Below, one piece after another: positions 48,065-58,660 of a stretch of 64,000 nucleotides of DNA; within the stretch, counting starts at the first letter, position 1; the number at the start of each line of letters is the position of its first letter. Source of the DNA: Candidatus Firestoneibacteriota bacterium (GTDB lineage Bacteria; Oederibacteriota; Muellerivitia; Muellerivitales; Muellerivitaceae); assembly GCA_013286205.1 (NCBI GenBank), contig JABDGD010000011.1, forward strand, positions 90-64,089, given 5' to 3'. Below the pieces are notes generated by a model. That model had not been told where the DNA came from, ran no database searches, and saw only the letters and a list, made by a program, of their open reading frames with translations. The position numbers and the translations under genes are program-made.

Positions 48065-48834
48065 TATTTCGATCTCTGAAAGAGCGCGTCAATTTGAACA
48101 ATTTCTTCTTGATCATTCTTATAAAAATCCAACACCTGAACAAATTGAAACCCTTCAGATCTTAAAAAATCCTCAATTTCAGGAAAAAGGGCCTCCCCTT
48201 CATAAATAGGCTTAAAAACTGTTTCTATCAGAATGAAATCCACCTTCCGAAGTGTTTTCACTCCGCCGCGAAGCGCTTCTAACTCGAACCCCTGTAAATC
48301 CAGCTTCAATAAAACAGGTCCCTCGAGGGTTTCCTTTTCCAACACCTCATCCAGCGTGACCAACGGCACTTCCACATCACCCGCGTTTCGCGCTTCCGGA
48401 AATTGTTTTTGATAGTCCTTATTAAATGGCAGTGCGGAGGAAGATTGATATTTTTCATTCAAAGACGAAACCGAGGATGAATGGGAATGGGTATTGCGGT
48501 GAAAAGTAATTTTTCCGCTTTTACTGCCCAGCGCCGAGGAGATCAGTTTAATTTTCGGAGAGCCACTCAGGTTTTTCTTTAATATTTCCGTAATATCCGG
48601 CAAAGGCTCAAAAGCGATAACCCTGGCCTCAGGAAAGGTTTCAGCGACCGACCGGCTGAACTGGCCGATATTGGCCCCGCCATCAATGATCGTTTTAAAA
48701 GGGATTCCCAAATTTTTGATTCGGCGAGCCATATAAAAAGAAGAAATGGAAAAAGGTTTCCAATTCGAAAAGGCTTTTCGCCCTTCCTTGTCCTTCAAAA
48801 CCTTCACTAAATCCAAAATTTGATTTATTTTCAT
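48064..48834 (-). CDS. FkbM-family SAM-dependent methyltransferase
   Basis: Carries IIDGGANIGQFS, with the typical FkbM length and layout. Confidence 0.8.
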   Translation of the reverse strand: MKINQILDLVKVLKDKEGRKAFSNWKPFSISSFYMARRIKNLGIPFKTIIDGGANIGQFSRSVAETFPEARVIAFEPLPDITEILKKNLSGSPKIKLISSALGSKSGKITFHRNTHSHSSSVSSLNEKYQSSSALPFNKDYQKQFPEARNAGDVEVPLVTLDEVLEKETLEGPVLLKLDLQGFELEALRGGVKTLRKVDFILIETVFKPIYEGEALFPEIEDFLRSEGFQFVQVLDFYKNDQEEIVQIDALFQRSK

Positions 48835-48850
48835 ATTTTCTCAGTTAGTT

Positions 48851-49999
48851 TTAATCAAAACGCATGAAAGAGGGTGCCTGTCCCCCACTTAAAACCCATT
48901 CGTACAATGCTTTCATTTTTTGAGCGATCGAGTCCCATGAATATTTTTCCTCGACCAGCTGTCTGCCCCTTTTGCCCATAGCTCTTCGTTCCTCATCGGA
49001 TGCTTCCGTAGCCAAACGCAAGGTTTTCACCAGCGGATCAACCCCAATGGGTATCCACCAGCCGCAATTTCTATCATTCAATTCGTTCCAGGGCGTGCCT
49101 TCGGTCGTAATCACCGGCAATCCGCAGGCCATGGCTTCGGGTATTACCATACCAAAGTTTTCCGTAAAGGTCGGCAGGATAAAAAGGTCGGCGTTACGGT
49201 AAATATCCCACTTAGCTTCCCCGTAAACGGGTTCTTGAAAAACAAACTCGCTTTCCAAACCCTTCTTCTGAATCGCTTCTTTGACGACCTTCCCATAACC
49301 TTCCGTATCAGGTCCCACAATCAACATGCGCCAACCCTTAGGACGGACAATGGACCAAGCCTCAACTAGATTCAACAAACCTTTTTTCAGGTGAATGCGG
49401 GAGAGAAAAAGCGCGGTACGAACGGGCTTAGAGCTGGTGTTCGGTTCTTTCCATTCAGGAATCTCTGAACCATTAGGAATGAGAGCCAACGGCCCTTTGT
49501 AGCCGATTTTCCGAAGATCGTCGCCTTCACTATCCGAAGTGATGTGCACGGCCCGTGCCGTATCCAGGTCGCTTTTCTGATAAAACCACCAGGCGGGCCG
49601 CTTTTTCCAGGACTTATGACTGAAATGCCAGCTGGTCAGCATGCCATGCGGTGTAATCACATGGGGAATCTTGAGCGCCCTCGCCACTTGAACCGCCCGA
49701 TGCGTTTGCCAAACCCCGTGGACATGAATCAGCTCGATTTTCTCTTTACGGCAGAGGCTCTTCAGAACAAAAGGCAATTGGGGCGCCCAACGAAAAATGG
49801 AAAATTTAAATCCATCCACGTTATGAACCCGGACTAATTTCGGATCTGGGAAAATGGATTCCCCGTCCTGCTTCATTTGAACATTCACCAATAAATCATT
49901 CGCGCTCACACGGCTCAGGGCGTTGCATAATTCGGGCACACAGCTCGATGTTCCGCCCGATGCTTTGGAGAGTCCGTTAATGAATTCTAATGTTTTCAC
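48851..49999 (-). CDS. GT4-family glycosyltransferase
   Basis: Carries the C-terminal GT-B motif ENFGMVIPEAMACGLPVITTEG. It uses a GTG start. Confidence 0.85.
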   Translation of the reverse strand: MKTLEFINGLSKASGGTSSCVPELCNALSRVSANDLLVNVQMKQDGESIFPDPKLVRVHNVDGFKFSIFRWAPQLPFVLKSLCRKEKIELIHVHGVWQTHRAVQVARALKIPHVITPHGMLTSWHFSHKSWKKRPAWWFYQKSDLDTARAVHITSDSEGDDLRKIGYKGPLALIPNGSEIPEWKEPNTSSKPVRTALFLSRIHLKKGLLNLVEAWSIVRPKGWRMLIVGPDTEGYGKVVKEAIQKKGLESEFVFQEPVYGEAKWDIYRNADLFILPTFTENFGMVIPEAMACGLPVITTEGTPWNELNDRNCGWWIPIGVDPLVKTLRLATEASDEERRAMGKRGRQLVEEKYSWDSIAQKMKALYEWVLSGGQAPSFMRFD

Positions 50000-50021
50000 A
50001 ATGTTCTTTTCATGGCTTTGA

Positions 50022-51248
50022 TTATTCGGAAGACCGGTAAATGAAATTTGGACAATAAATTAATAACTTAATAAGAATCTTATCCAAATAATTAAAGTCC
50101 AGATGGTTTGTCTTAAAAGCATAGTCGCCCGCTTTTTTAATACTTTTACCAAAGTTTTCGGGCGACCATTCACTCACTATTCTCTGACTTTGCTTTCCCA
50201 TCACGTTCAACTTCGCCTTTTGAACCGAGATTCGAATCATCAAGTCACTGAGTTTTTTCCGATCATAGGGATCAAACTGAAAACCATTCACTCCGTTTTT
50301 CGCCAAATCAGGCGCGCAGCCGCATTTTTTAGACACTAATACGGGAAGACCGGCTGCCATGGCCTCATTGACCACCAATCCCCACTGCTCAGTCGTGCTG
50401 GGCAAGATAAATACTTTAGCCAATCCGTAATAAATCGGCAGTTGATTGTATTGGATATAACCCGGCATTTTCACCAGATCATTCAGGCCAAGTTCTTTGA
50501 TTAAAGCAACCATTTCGCTTTTCAGAGGCCCATCTCCCGCCAAAACAAGGCTCCAGGGCTTCTTCACTTTTTGGGCGTAATCGGCATAGGACAGCAGAAG
50601 TGTTTTAAGATTTTTCTTTTGAATGAAGCGGCAAGAGGTAAAAAAATAATTTTCAGGCAGACCCAATGATTTACGGAACCTGGCCGCGAATTTCCTCGCC
50701 AAGGCTGAGCCCTTTTGAAAGTGCGAGTTATCCACTACGTCGTAATAAATCCCCAGCGGATTGTATTTAAAATCCAGCTTTTCGAAATACTGTTTGGAGA
50801 GCTTCCCCCCCGCCACCCCGGAATGGCAGCACTTAAGGATTCTTCTCTTAACAAACTCTTTGATGCCCTTCCGCTGAAAATCCATCTCATTGCTTTCAGT
50901 CATCATGATCCGTGGAACGTTATGCTCTATACCCCAGAGCAGCATGGATAACGCGACCTTCTCATACCATCCCGTAATCGCGAGTAGATCCGGTTTAAAA
51001 ATGTCCAACGTGTCAAAAACCTTCTTTTTAATCACCGCCGGGGGCACAGTTTGAAGATAGGAATCATCTTTGAACAAAGTGATCTTTTGATAACGGGCGC
51101 CCGCGCCGGCATTTTTCCAATGGTGGCTTTTATCGTCGCCGTTGCTTTCAAGGTAGGTCACCTCAAAGTGAGGCAGCAAAGAATTAACCCTGGCATGTTG
51201 ATAAGGCCCAATACGGCCAAACGAAATGGTGATTTTAGGTTTTTTCAT
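50022..51248 (-). CDS. GT4-family glycosyltransferase
   Basis: Carries the C-terminal GT-B motif EQWGLVVNEAMAAGLPVLVSKKCG. Confidence 0.85.
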   Translation of the reverse strand: MKKPKITISFGRIGPYQHARVNSLLPHFEVTYLESNGDDKSHHWKNAGAGARYQKITLFKDDSYLQTVPPAVIKKKVFDTLDIFKPDLLAITGWYEKVALSMLLWGIEHNVPRIMMTESNEMDFQRKGIKEFVKRRILKCCHSGVAGGKLSKQYFEKLDFKYNPLGIYYDVVDNSHFQKGSALARKFAARFRKSLGLPENYFFTSCRFIQKKNLKTLLLSYADYAQKVKKPWSLVLAGDGPLKSEMVALIKELGLNDLVKMPGYIQYNQLPIYYGLAKVFILPSTTEQWGLVVNEAMAAGLPVLVSKKCGCAPDLAKNGVNGFQFDPYDRKKLSDLMIRISVQKAKLNVMGKQSQRIVSEWSPENFGKSIKKAGDYAFKTNHLDFNYLDKILIKLLIYCPNFIYRSSE

Positions 51249-51271
51249 TAAAAGCCCGTCAACAGGATCGT

Positions 51272-52504
51272 TTATGTTTTAGCCGTTACCCGGGAAAGCC
51301 GGGAAAGAGCCGTGATCAAACCATAAAAGATCAGAATTTGATAACCGAGGGTCATATTAATATAACCCTCAAAAAAGGAACCGACAAAATAAGAGCAAAA
51401 GCAGGCAAAAAGCAGCCTCTCGGCATTTTTCAAAAACGGTTTCTGGTGATCCATTAAGTATTTTAAGTTTTTGAAAATAAGAAACCAAACCAGTAAAAGC
51501 AGAGCCAGACCGACTATACCACCCCGCAAAGCGATCCAAAGGTAAGAGTTCTCCGAGGCTTGGATTTCATTCGTCGGCAAACCAAAAACAGGGTTTTGCG
51601 TGAACTGCGACCAGAGCAGCGACCAGGAGGCCGCCCGGGTATTAGCGCCGCTCAACACCCGGTTGATCGCGATCGTGAACTCTGGAAGCAAGTTAGAAAC
51701 CGCCAAAAGCGGAATCGCTAACAGCCCCACGCAGAGGAAAACCAGCCCTTTTCTCGTGGAAAAAATGTAAACACCCACCCCCACGACTGCCATTAAAAAG
51801 CCCGTTCGGGATCCTGTCCAGACCAGTCCAATACCACACAACAGCGTTAACAGAATCCAGAAATACCTTTCGCGTTTTCCCAGCACGCTTTGCGACAGCC
51901 ACAAACAGACGAGAACGGAGATGGAGAACATTACCGCGGCAAAATTGGGGTGAGCCGAAACGCCAAAAAGCCTCCCATTCCAAACCTCTTGCGACGGATC
52001 CCATAAAAACTGGATGGCTGTCGCGGCAAGGAATAAAATGGTGCCGCCCGCCACACTGCGGAAAAACCATTGAACATCCTCGAAATTATTAATCCAGGAA
52101 GCAACCACCATCCCCATCGAAAACAGGAAAAGCAAATCAATCAACGCTCTTTGATAAATTTCCTGGTCGTTGATAAAAGAAATCCTGAAAAAATCGACGG
52201 CCAGCAAAAAGAGTTGAAGACTCATTAACGTCGCGAAAGCTAAAGACGGCTTCACCCCCAGCCAGCCGCTTTTCTTTCTATTAAAAAAAGGCAGGCAGAT
52301 CACGGCCAAAAGGCAAAGAAGCCTGCTTTTACCCCTGATGATTTCCAGTGGTTCGGCTAAAAAAAGCGCCTCACTTGGTTTAGTCATATTTGAGATAAAA
52401 AGAACAAATGAAAGGAGAGCCCATTTTCGGTTGGGAGAAAATATCAAATACAGTAAAAAAGCGATGGCCGACGCGCCCAGTAAAATGTCTATCAATATGT
52501 TCAT
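51272..52504 (-). CDS. O-antigen ligase/polymerase-family membrane protein (Wzy_C domain type)
   Basis: 410 aa with about 10-12 TM segments. It carries the characteristic WTGSRTGFLMAVVG segment and a periplasmic loop. Confidence 0.75.
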   Translation of the reverse strand: MNILIDILLGASAIAFLLYLIFSPNRKWALLSFVLFISNMTKPSEALFLAEPLEIIRGKSRLLCLLAVICLPFFNRKKSGWLGVKPSLAFATLMSLQLFLLAVDFFRISFINDQEIYQRALIDLLFLFSMGMVVASWINNFEDVQWFFRSVAGGTILFLAATAIQFLWDPSQEVWNGRLFGVSAHPNFAAVMFSISVLVCLWLSQSVLGKRERYFWILLTLLCGIGLVWTGSRTGFLMAVVGVGVYIFSTRKGLVFLCVGLLAIPLLAVSNLLPEFTIAINRVLSGANTRAASWSLLWSQFTQNPVFGLPTNEIQASENSYLWIALRGGIVGLALLLLVWFLIFKNLKYLMDHQKPFLKNAERLLFACFCSYFVGSFFEGYINMTLGYQILIFYGLITALSRLSRVTAKT

Positions 52505-52527
52505 GTCGCCATTTCAGTCACGGAAAT

Positions 52528-53712
52528 TTATGATCGGTTTAATTTCTTATTTCCCACCAGAACTAGTCCACCCATCGTAGCCAAAATCCAAATCGCGGGC
52601 ACCAGCCCGTAATAAATATGAAAAAATTCCAGTAACAATCCGTCCTGAACCCTGGTTTGTAAAAAATCGATGATCCGGCTGAAGTAACAGGTCAGGAAGA
52701 GACAAAGGATCAGTAGAATTTTAAACCATCTCAGCTTGAAAGAAGATTCAAACAGAAGGATCAACGGGAAAATCACAATCACCAGATCATAGGCCCGGTG
52801 ATAAATCACCAATACGGAAATAAACCCCAAAACAGTCAAAACTAATAAATCGTTCGATTTTCTATTCAAAAAACAAACGAGGGTCGCGGCCAAAAGTAAT
52901 ATTCCAGATAAAAACGCCGGAATCAGGGCTGGAATGTGGGAATCCATTTGCGCGCAGAGACTGAAAAAATCGATATAGCCATCGGTGAGCAGCCCCGAAG
53001 AACACATCAGCGGTTCTTTAATCAGATCGATTGGATTGGCGTTGATCCAATAGGCCGCAAACAGATGCAAACACAAATGAATACCCACCGCGACGAACAA
53101 AGGCTGGAATCGTCTTTTATAAATGAAATAAATGGCTAGTGGAATGATCGTGGCGTATTTGAAAAAAGACAGGGCCAGAAAAACACCTGAAAGTACGGGC
53201 TTCTTATCTAACACCAGCAGCGCCAATGAGAAAAAACAAAGACTGAACATGGTGTGCTGTCCGTTTCCCACTAAATTTCTCCAGGGGGTACTCATCAAGA
53301 ACAAACAGGAAATCACCAGGTAAACAAAGGGCGACTGATTCTTTAAAAAAACCTTAAACAAGGCGAAAAGGGATAAAGCGGTAAATACAAGATTGGACCC
53401 CAGCCACAGCCATTTCGCTATCGGCCAAGAAAATAACGCGTAAGGCCATAAGAGCATTAAACAGGATGGAAACTGATTGGGGCTGAGCGGATGCGGCATA
53501 TAACTATCTGAATCCACCGTTTGATGGGAAAGAACCATCTCATAAGGATTTTTCTGCTCCAACAAAACCCTGGCCGAGTCCCATTGAAAATCCATACTGC
53601 TCACTTGAACGAAAACCGCGTTGCGAATACCCGCCGCCAAGGAAATTGCGGTTAAAAAAACCAGGACAACGGAAATGAATTTTTTAGAACAAAAAATACT
53701 TTTTAAATTCAA
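52528..53712 (-). CDS. polytopic membrane protein, GT87/DUF2029-like (GT-C) glycosyltransferase candidate
   Basis: 394 aa. An early acidic loop (SSMDFQWDS) and NLVGNGQHTMFSL resemble the GQ-containing motif of DUF2029/GT87, from memory. The TTG start overlaps the GT9 stop. Confidence 0.6.
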   Translation of the reverse strand: MNLKSIFCSKKFISVVLVFLTAISLAAGIRNAVFVQVSSMDFQWDSARVLLEQKNPYEMVLSHQTVDSDSYMPHPLSPNQFPSCLMLLWPYALFSWPIAKWLWLGSNLVFTALSLFALFKVFLKNQSPFVYLVISCLFLMSTPWRNLVGNGQHTMFSLCFFSLALLVLDKKPVLSGVFLALSFFKYATIIPLAIYFIYKRRFQPLFVAVGIHLCLHLFAAYWINANPIDLIKEPLMCSSGLLTDGYIDFFSLCAQMDSHIPALIPAFLSGILLLAATLVCFLNRKSNDLLVLTVLGFISVLVIYHRAYDLVIVIFPLILLFESSFKLRWFKILLILCLFLTCYFSRIIDFLQTRVQDGLLLEFFHIYYGLVPAIWILATMGGLVLVGNKKLNRS

Positions 53713-54785
53713 TTAACCCTCTTTAAAATATCTTCACAGGCTTGAAAAACCTCATCTACCCCAAAAGAGAGAATACATTTCATTTTTTCAACCACACACT
53801 CTCCCAGTTCACAACCTTCACACTCCACTTTGGCCCTAAATACCTTTTTACGCTGGGTGTAGGGATACCACAGCCCGGCCATTTGCCGTGACGAAAATAT
53901 GGAGACGCAATAGGTTTGAACGGCCGCCGCCAAATGCATGGCCCCGGTGTCATTTCCTAAACAAAGGGCGCAGCGTTCCAGCCCTACCGCTGTTTCACGA
54001 ACGGATAATTGTCCCGCCAGGTTATAGCCCCGACCCCAAACTTTGATGAATTGATCGCCCAATAGCTTTTCCGCTTCGCCCCCAAAAACCACCGGCCAAA
54101 TGTCAAACTCGGCGATGAGCCGTGACACCACTTCCTGGTAACGTTCGGGAGCCCACTTGTTAGAGGCGAAATTGGTTCCAGGGCTGACCCCAATCCACTT
54201 TCGACCGCCATCAGACGTTAATTTTGAAAGTTTAGCGGCGAATTCAGTCTTCTCATTAGGCTGTAACTTCAAATCCATCCGACCTTGCCCAGCAGCCGGC
54301 ACCGCAAGTCCGGAAACCCGTAGTCTTTCCAAAATCAGATCCGCCTGAGGCGGCATTTCAGGCAAGGGTGCGCCGTTGTTTTTGACAGAAACGGGAACGA
54401 ATCCATCCATACCGATGAACCTTTTAATACCCGCTAACCGGTAAAGAAACTTGTCTCTTTTAACTTCGGATGGCTTGGTGGTCGCCAGTACCAAATAAGC
54501 GAGGGCGTCAAACCGGTACTTTCTTAAACCATAGACCATTTTCAGCAAACGCAAACCCTGCAGAAAACGGCTAGAACCGTGAATGGATTTATAAACCAGG
54601 ACTTCTTTAAACAATTTCGAATTTTCTAGCACCTCACGGCTTAAGTTGCCTTTCGTGCCTTCGTGACTCAACAAATAAAGATCGGCGTCCGGAAAGTTCT
54701 CACGAACCGCCCAAATGGCAGGCAGCGCGACAACCGTATCCCCTATGGCGCCTTTACATTGAATGATGATCTTTTCTTTTTTCAA
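53709..54785 (-). CDS. GT9-family glycosyltransferase (heptosyltransferase-like)
   Basis: Motifs: GAIGDTVVALPAIWAVRENFPDA, GNDTGAMHLAAA and the C-terminal Cys cluster CEGCELGEC. Confidence 0.85.
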   Translation of the reverse strand: MKKEKIIIQCKGAIGDTVVALPAIWAVRENFPDADLYLLSHEGTKGNLSREVLENSKLFKEVLVYKSIHGSSRFLQGLRLLKMVYGLRKYRFDALAYLVLATTKPSEVKRDKFLYRLAGIKRFIGMDGFVPVSVKNNGAPLPEMPPQADLILERLRVSGLAVPAAGQGRMDLKLQPNEKTEFAAKLSKLTSDGGRKWIGVSPGTNFASNKWAPERYQEVVSRLIAEFDIWPVVFGGEAEKLLGDQFIKVWGRGYNLAGQLSVRETAVGLERCALCLGNDTGAMHLAAAVQTYCVSIFSSRQMAGLWYPYTQRKKVFRAKVECEGCELGECVVEKMKCILSFGVDEVFQACEDILKRVN

Positions 54786-54829
54786 GCGCTGATCTTTTCA
54801 AAAAATGATAACAAACACAGCGGTTTCAT

Positions 54830-55684
54830 CTAACCCAAGACTAAATAAAGAAATCTCTTAGTTAAATAAGTGACCCAAAACAAAGGCCATAAAAAGCGGC
54901 TATGTTGTTTATAAAAATAAAGGGTTTCCGACACTGGAGAACCCTTGGGATGTTTGATCGCCTTCCATCTTTCGCCAAACGACTTCTTCTTAGAGCTTGT
55001 TACATTTTCATCGCAGCAACCGACATAACCCGGCGTCAGCCAAATCGGTATCTTTTTCGCGGTAGCCCTCAAACCTAAATCAATATCACCCATATTGTGA
55101 GTAAATCTTTTGTCGAAGCCGTTCAAACGATCCATGGTTTTTTTGGAGATCAAAACACAATTGCAATTAAAAGTATCGCAGGGGAGAGGCTGTCCCGAAG
55201 GGCCAATAATTTTCAAAGCGAGTGGCCGGAATCGGCTGATTTTGATCATTCCACCATAAGTCGTAGTCGTCCGGTCATTCGATTGAATCGCCCCCACAAT
55301 AATGGGCTCGGTTGGATTTTGTTTTAATGACCACTCCCAAGTACTTAAAAGATCTTTAACCGCGGTCGGGTCCAGAACCACATCATCATTCAACAACAAC
55401 ACTAAATCATTGTCATTCCCCTTATATTCAGACCAAAGCTTGCGCATCGCGCCGCACCAGAAGTAATTGCCATCCCCTGTGATGATTTCATCGGCCAATT
55501 TTTCACTCATGACAGAACCCGCCGTTCCATCGGAACTGCCGTCATCAAAAAGCGTGACTTTCTTTTCAATATTGCCCGGCAGACCTTCTTGGCTGCGGAA
55601 ACTCTTTAAACATTTAAGGGTTTTTTCCCGGCGGTTATAGCAGGCCAACAACGCGTGTAAAATCATTTCGTTCTCTCTGGGCAC
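54830..55684 (-). CDS. GT2-family glycosyltransferase
   Basis: Motifs: LLACYNRREKT, LFDDGSSDGT and LLNDDV. An alternative ATG start lies at 55666. Confidence 0.8.
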   Translation of the reverse strand: MPRENEMILHALLACYNRREKTLKCLKSFRSQEGLPGNIEKKVTLFDDGSSDGTAGSVMSEKLADEIITGDGNYFWCGAMRKLWSEYKGNDNDLVLLLNDDVVLDPTAVKDLLSTWEWSLKQNPTEPIIVGAIQSNDRTTTTYGGMIKISRFRPLALKIIGPSGQPLPCDTFNCNCVLISKKTMDRLNGFDKRFTHNMGDIDLGLRATAKKIPIWLTPGYVGCCDENVTSSKKKSFGERWKAIKHPKGSPVSETLYFYKQHSRFLWPLFWVTYLTKRFLYLVLG

Positions 55685-55712
55685 TGAGTTTCGGACATTT
55701 TCAACACCTTGA

Positions 55713-57569
55713 TTATTGCACGACTTGAAACAGATATACCGTTCCAGTTCCAGGCGTCAGCTGATAAGGCCGTCTTTCATACTGTATCGTTGCAATGGTT
55801 TTCACCGGCGTCATGGCGGTAAATTTGCCATACATGGATTCTCCCATAACCCCATAACGGACATGATAATGATCAAGAGAAGTTTTTATTTCATCAGGAC
55901 TTACAATTAAAAGATATTGAACCGGCATGACAATCGGGTGCTTCTTAACCGCATCGTAGGTTAGGTCATCCATAATCATCGGTTCGGTCGGAGCTATATG
56001 TTCATCCTGAAGCGCCCTCTGAATCTTTACGTCTAATGCGTTTCTATCCGTCCAGAAGGACTGACTTGGCCCCTCATACCCCGCAAGAAATTCTTTCGTA
56101 AAGTTGCAATAAACTAGCGCCAAACACAAAACAGCGGTTATCAGCATATAACAGTAAAAACCCGCAGATAATAACGGTTTAAATTTATCATAAGCCGCGA
56201 TTTTGGACGTCCCGGGAAACATCAGCTTGAGAGGCCATAAAAACGCGGCCAAAACCATCACCACGAATAGAAGTAATGAAATTTTATAATAGTGTTTCGT
56301 GATATTAAGGATGAATGGAATAAAAAACGAAAGGAATAAAGCCGATAAAAAGTAAAGTCGCTTTTTCTCGGCCTCATTTATCTTTGAGGGCCATCGAAAA
56401 GCCGCTTCGAAAGGCCAAAGCAATAAGCCCACAACCATGAGCGAACAGACAAAAAATGAAATCTCGTAGAAGCTTTCAGTTATGTTAAACGCAAATGGCA
56501 CAAACAACGAAATCATAATGGACACAATCAGATAAAATTGTTTTCTTTCCTCGTCGCCCTTTAAAAAGCAAAAACAAGCAATCAATTTCCACAAAACATA
56601 AAAAATAAAGAAGATAACCGTCGTTTCAATTAGCGCATCAGCTAAAGAATCAAAAATATTTGTCGACTCTTTTTCCGGCAAGAAATTCGACTGATAAGAT
56701 TTTTGAAACCACATCCGATCAAATGTATCCCGCGTTATGTGCTCACGATACGACAACGAAAGTTCCTCTTTAAATTGTTCGGGTGCCCGAAACAAATCCA
56801 TTGGATTAACCGCTTGTTTCCCCATGTTTTGGGCAATACCAGAAACAGATCCACAAGACAAAAACTGTTTATTGTGCATGTCGAGAGATGCGCGAATGAT
56901 TAACAATGTGGCGATCATAAAAATCAAAACATAAAAAATACGATGAATTCTTTTTTTAAGTTTGGCTGCCGCCATAACAAAAGACACAGCTAAAACTAAA
57001 AACAGATACAAAGCCTTGGGATGTACATAAGTAATTAGGCTGAACAACAGCAACATCACGAACGAATAAATGTAGATGACCGAGCTTTTACGGGTCAAAA
57101 GCATGCACCGAGCAATCACAAATAGGCACACACACACAGTGATGATGAGTATTTCCGGCCGAAGCATTACAAACCCGTATAACACCGGACCCATTGTCAT
57201 CAGCAAAAGAAGCGGCCAAAAATCCAGCGAGCCCTTTCGAAGGTTGTGAATAATCAAAACAATATAGATGGTAAACAACCCTACATAAGGAATAATTCGA
57301 TAAGAGAACCAGTCGCTGCCGAACTGGCTGATGACTGACCAAAATGCCGCGGCTGGAATCAGTAACAAACCAGGTCGCACTAAAAAGCCTTCAGGACAAA
57401 ATGGCGTCACCGACTGTTTGAAGCCGCCATTAATAAAAAAACGTTCAAGAAATAATTTGTAGGAAAATTCGTCCTGGTACAGAGGAGAAAAAAGGGTAAG
57501 ACCGATAGCGATTAAAATGACAGATAAAACCAGAAATGACGGAAGCGACTGTTTGATGATTCGCATCAT
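55713..57569 (-). CDS. polytopic membrane protein with a DE motif after TM1 (ArnT/GtrC-like GT-C candidate) and an internal tandem duplication
   Basis: About 618 aa from ATG 57569 (RBS GGGAAG). TM1 is followed by PLYQDEFSYKLF. It has at least 12 hydrophobic segments and a ~130-aa C-terminal soluble domain. It follows directly after the aminotransferase gene. Confidence 0.8.
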   Translation of the reverse strand: MMRIIKQSLPSFLVLSVILIAIGLTLFSPLYQDEFSYKLFLERFFINGGFKQSVTPFCPEGFLVRPGLLLIPAAAFWSVISQFGSDWFSYRIIPYVGLFTIYIVLIIHNLRKGSLDFWPLLLLMTMGPVLYGFVMLRPEILIITVCVCLFVIARCMLLTRKSSVIYIYSFVMLLLFSLITYVHPKALYLFLVLAVSFVMAAAKLKKRIHRIFYVLIFMIATLLIIRASLDMHNKQFLSCGSVSGIAQNMGKQAVNPMDLFRAPEQFKEELSLSYREHITRDTFDRMWFQKSYQSNFLPEKESTNIFDSLADALIETTVIFFIFYVLWKLIACFCFLKGDEERKQFYLIVSIMISLFVPFAFNITESFYEISFFVCSLMVVGLLLWPFEAAFRWPSKINEAEKKRLYFLSALFLSFFIPFILNITKHYYKISLLLFVVMVLAAFLWPLKLMFPGTSKIAAYDKFKPLLSAGFYCYMLITAVLCLALVYCNFTKEFLAGYEGPSQSFWTDRNALDVKIQRALQDEHIAPTEPMIMDDLTYDAVKKHPIVMPVQYLLIVSPDEIKTSLDHYHVRYGVMGESMYGKFTAMTPVKTIATIQYERRPYQLTPGTGTVYLFQVVQ

Positions 57570-57574
57570 TGAAA

Positions 57575-58660
57575 TTACTTCCCAATCATTTGACACGCAG
57601 AAATTACTTTATTGATGTTTTCTTCCGGCATATGCGGCGTAAGCGGCAAACTGAGCACCTCGCGGCTTAGCTCTTCCGCGACGGGATATGATTTTGATAA
57701 ACCATATGCCGGTTGTGCGTGCGGCGGCATCGGATAATGAAGTAATGTTTCCATACCCAGCCCCAGCAAGCGTTCGCGCAATTGGTCGCGTTTTGGACTT
57801 CGAACGACAAATAAATGCCACACCGGCTCGGCCCAGCTGGGCACTTGAGGCAAAATCAGGCTGCAGTCTTTAAGCCCTTTTAGATAGGCCGACGCAATCG
57901 TGCGGCGGCTGGCGTTATCCTCATCAAGCACCGCTAATTTAACGCGTAAAAAAGCCGCCTGAAGTTCATCCAATCGCGAATTAAAGCCTTTTTCGTCATG
58001 CTGGTATTTAACGGCCGATCCGTAATTGCGCAATGATTTGATTTTGTCGGCCAATTGGACATCGTCAGTCGTGATGGCTCCTCCATCCCCCAGCGCGCCC
58101 AGGTTTTTCCCTGGATAAAAACTGAAAGCAGCCGCGTGACCCAATCCGCCTACTCTTTTGCCGCGATATCGCGCGCCATGGGCTTGGGCCGCATCTTCCA
58201 GCACTTTCAGTCCATGTTTTTTAGCGATCGACATCACCGCGTCCATATCCGCAGGTTGACCATATAAATGAACAGGAATGATCGCTTTGGTACGCGGTGT
58301 AATCGCCGCTTCAATCTGAAGAGGATCAATATTATAAGTAGCGGGGTCTGGCTCTACGGCCACCGGAGTAGCGCCGACCTGGCTAACGGCGAGCCATGTG
58401 GCGATAAAGGTATTAGAAGGAACAATAACTTCATCCCCCGGACCAACGCCCCAGGCTTGCAACACCAGGTGCAAAGCTTCCAAGCCATTGCCGACACCCA
58501 TGCAATATTGAACCTGGCAATAACCGGCGAATTCTTTTTCAAAAGCTTCCACTTCTTTACCCAGCACAAACCAACCCGAATCCAGTACGCGATCCAGCGC
58601 GGCGTGCAATTCTTTGCGAAAACGGTTATTAACGGATTTTATGTCGAGAAAAGGAATCAT
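57575..58660 (-). CDS. DegT/DnrJ/EryC1/StrS-family PLP-dependent nucleotide-sugar aminotransferase (FdtB/QdtB-like by context)
   Basis: Carries the N-terminus [14 protein letters not shown]...[17 protein letters not shown] and the PLP-lysine region [16 protein letters not shown]. It has a 4-nt overlap with the ketoisomerase gene. Confidence 0.9.
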   Translation of the reverse strand: MIPFLDIKSVNNRFRKELHAALDRVLDSGWFVLGKEVEAFEKEFAGYCQVQYCMGVGNGLEALHLVLQAWGVGPGDEVIVPSNTFIATWLAVSQVGATPVAVEPDPATYNIDPLQIEAAITPRTKAIIPVHLYGQPADMDAVMSIAKKHGLKVLEDAAQAHGARYRGKRVGGLGHAAAFSFYPGKNLGALGDGGAITTDDVQLADKIKSLRNYGSAVKYQHDEKGFNSRLDELQAAFLRVKLAVLDEDNASRRTIASAYLKGLKDCSLILPQVPSWAEPVWHLFVVRSPKRDQLRERLLGLGMETLLHYPMPPHAQPAYGLSKSYPVAEELSREVLSLPLTPHMPEENINKVISACQMIGK

